A stretch of DNA of 64,000 nucleotides, taken from positions 19,479,741-19,543,740 of the forward strand of contig CM119270.1 in the NCBI GenBank assembly GCA_051294375.1, read 5' to 3'. Position 1 is the stretch's first letter; every line of letters starts with the position of its first letter. Of the stretch, positions 62,231 to 64,000 are shown in pieces. Source of the stretch: Paraspadella gotoi. Lineage: Eukaryota > Animalia > Chaetognatha. The position numbers were made by a program, and so were the translations under genes. The notes beneath the pieces are model-generated. The model searched no databases, was not told the DNA's origin, and saw nothing but the letters and a program-made list of their open reading frames with translations.

Positions 62231-64000
62231 TTTCATCCGAGGATCATGAGAAGTGTAGTCTAAAGTTTGGACGAAAGCCTGCCTCGAAGGGCCGTTCGGT
62301 TCCGCTGCGGCCTCCCGATGGACCGCCTTCGCCTGCGGGTTACGTCTCGAAGGGCCTTTTTTGTTTCCGTTTTGGGGCGTATTTCGCTTGGGAACCGCCT
62401 TCCTCCTCCTCTTGGCGGCCACCCGCATAAAAAAGGTGGGGAAAACATTGTCCTTGAGCACGGCGCCTTAACCTTTTCCGACCTTCCGCCGCCTTCTCGG
62501 GACGAGGGCCGGCTTTGACCCGGCCTTCCGAGACGTTTTTCCTCGCCCAGGCGGAGGTAGCCCCGCATCGACCGAGGGGGGCCGTTGTCAAGTGGGGACG
62601 GGGGCGGCTCCTTTGGAAGGGGCGGAGGAGGGTTGGTCGGGGTCGGGCGGAGGGCTCCGGTCTCGGTCGCAGAGAAAGGTTCGTTTCGAGGCTCAAAGCC
62701 CGTCCGCGCGACCAACGGTTTTCCGGAAAGTGGGGGGCCCTTGGCGAGGGGCTGCCGAGAAGGGCGGCTTGAGGCCCGTTTTTGCCGTCCGGGCTGGCCG
62801 ATTCCAGGGGGACTTTTTTGGTTTTTCCGGTTTTTTCGAAGTTCATTTGAATTCGAAGGGATTTGATGTCGTTGAGATTTGTAGTGAAAGATTGTTGAGG
62901 TTCCGCGGGCATTTTGGAGGATCATTCCGGATGGGGGATTTCGGTTACCACGGGCATTTTTTTTACGAAAAAACCAGTTTTTTTTACGCTTTTCGGATGG
63001 GGACAGAGGGGCGCTAATTTAAAATTAATTGATTCCTTTTTTCGTTTTATAATCGATTCCTTTTTTTTCTTTTTTTTTTTTTTTTTTTCTTTTGAGGAGT
63101 GGCCGAGTTTCGTGAAAAGGAAGTTTTATTTCGCAAAAAGCGCGATCAAGGTATTGCTCAATGGTATTAATGTTTTTTAAAAATTGATTCTTTCACTGAG
63201 TTGGTTTTACCATTTTGAAAAAAAAAAAACCTTTTGTTTGTATTTTTGTTGAGTTTTTTCCTCCGTGAAAAAAAAAAAACGTGGAGTTTTACGTTTTGAC
63301 ACGAAAAAAAATTTCCACGTGGGGTTGTTGTGATTGGCCGGGTTTGAGGGTCTCTCGACTTTTCTTGTTAAGGAGGGAAAGACGATTGAAGAAAAAGGAG
63401 AGAGAAGGGACGGAGGGAAAAAACCCCCCCGTGGGCCTGCGAGTTGTGGTAATGGAAGAGAGAGGAGAGAGAGAAAGATAGAGAAGGAGGACGAGAAGAG
63501 AGAGAGAGAAGAGAGAGGATGAGAGAGGGAAGAGAGAGAGAGAGAGAGAGGAGAGGGAGTAGCGAAGCAGAGAAAGCAAAAAATCGAGAAGAAGGAAAAT
63601 AAGGAAAAAAAGCAAATAATAGGGAAGGAGGAAGAGGAAAGTGTAGAGGAAAGGAGTCCAGGGAGGAGCGAGGGGAAGAGAGAGGGAAAAATTGCCCACG
63701 AAAAGAGAGAGAGGAGAGAGAGGGAAGGGAGAGGAGGAGAGAGAGAGAGAGAGAGAGAGGAGAGATAGAAAGAAGGAAGAGAGGGAGAGAGGAGAGAGAG
63801 GAACGGGCCCATAATTTTGACTTTTGTCCTACCAGTTTTTTTGGTTCTTACTCAAAAGCTTGCGGCGAAAGAGGAGAGGGGAAAGATGAGTTTGTTTAGG
63901 GGAAAATCCCCGCAGGGTTTTATTTCTGTGCGAGTGCGAAGAGAGGGGGGAGGGAGTCAGGGAGGGAGAGAGGGGACAGAGAGGTTTTTAGGACAACGTA
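58339..64000. other. Error-rich redundant copy of ~50105-54628 (zinc-knuckle ORF and 5' part of the YTH exon)
   Basis: Colinear with the earlier copy but ~25% longer through pervasive homopolymer inflation; starts at an N gap. This is the signature of an unpolished long read. Confidence 0.9.

Noticed and set aside
58339-64000. Second paralog or pseudogene of the zinc-knuckle and YTH genes, with many GC-rich ORFs
   Set aside because: Homopolymer inflation throughout coding and non-coding sequence indicates an unpolished read rather than evolutionary decay.

Overview
Eukaryotic (animal, probably invertebrate) genomic window that is very rich in (AG)n, (GAAA)n, (AAAT)n and (GAC)n simple repeats. 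It comes from a rough long-read assembly with N gaps and several redundant tandem or inverted copies carrying indel noise, so most ORFs in the supplied track are low-complexity artefacts. Supported content: (1) a spliced Eph receptor tyrosine kinase gene on + (Cys-rich, two FN3, TM and juxtamembrane exons, 41530-~58265; ligand-binding and kinase exons not seen); (2) nested antisense in the Eph intron after the TM exon, an intronless 644-aa ORF with two CCHC zinc knuckles and, just downstream on the same strand, a divergent YTHDF-type m6A-reader gene with an 8-aa tandem-repeat N-terminal region; (3) a tandem array of four diverged paralogs (present twice because the block is duplicated) of an unidentified structured ~175-255 nt ncRNA, three of them with canonically spaced U6/7SK-type promoter motifs (octamer about -242/-252, PSE-like -68, TATA-like -34) and all ending in a T-run; (4) a hammerhead-ribozyme-like motif in three copies; (5) minisatellites, a tRNA-derived SINE-like element and a hairpin-ended element. 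The ncRNA array is the best candidate for an undescribed system. All structures and homologies were read by eye; no searches were run.
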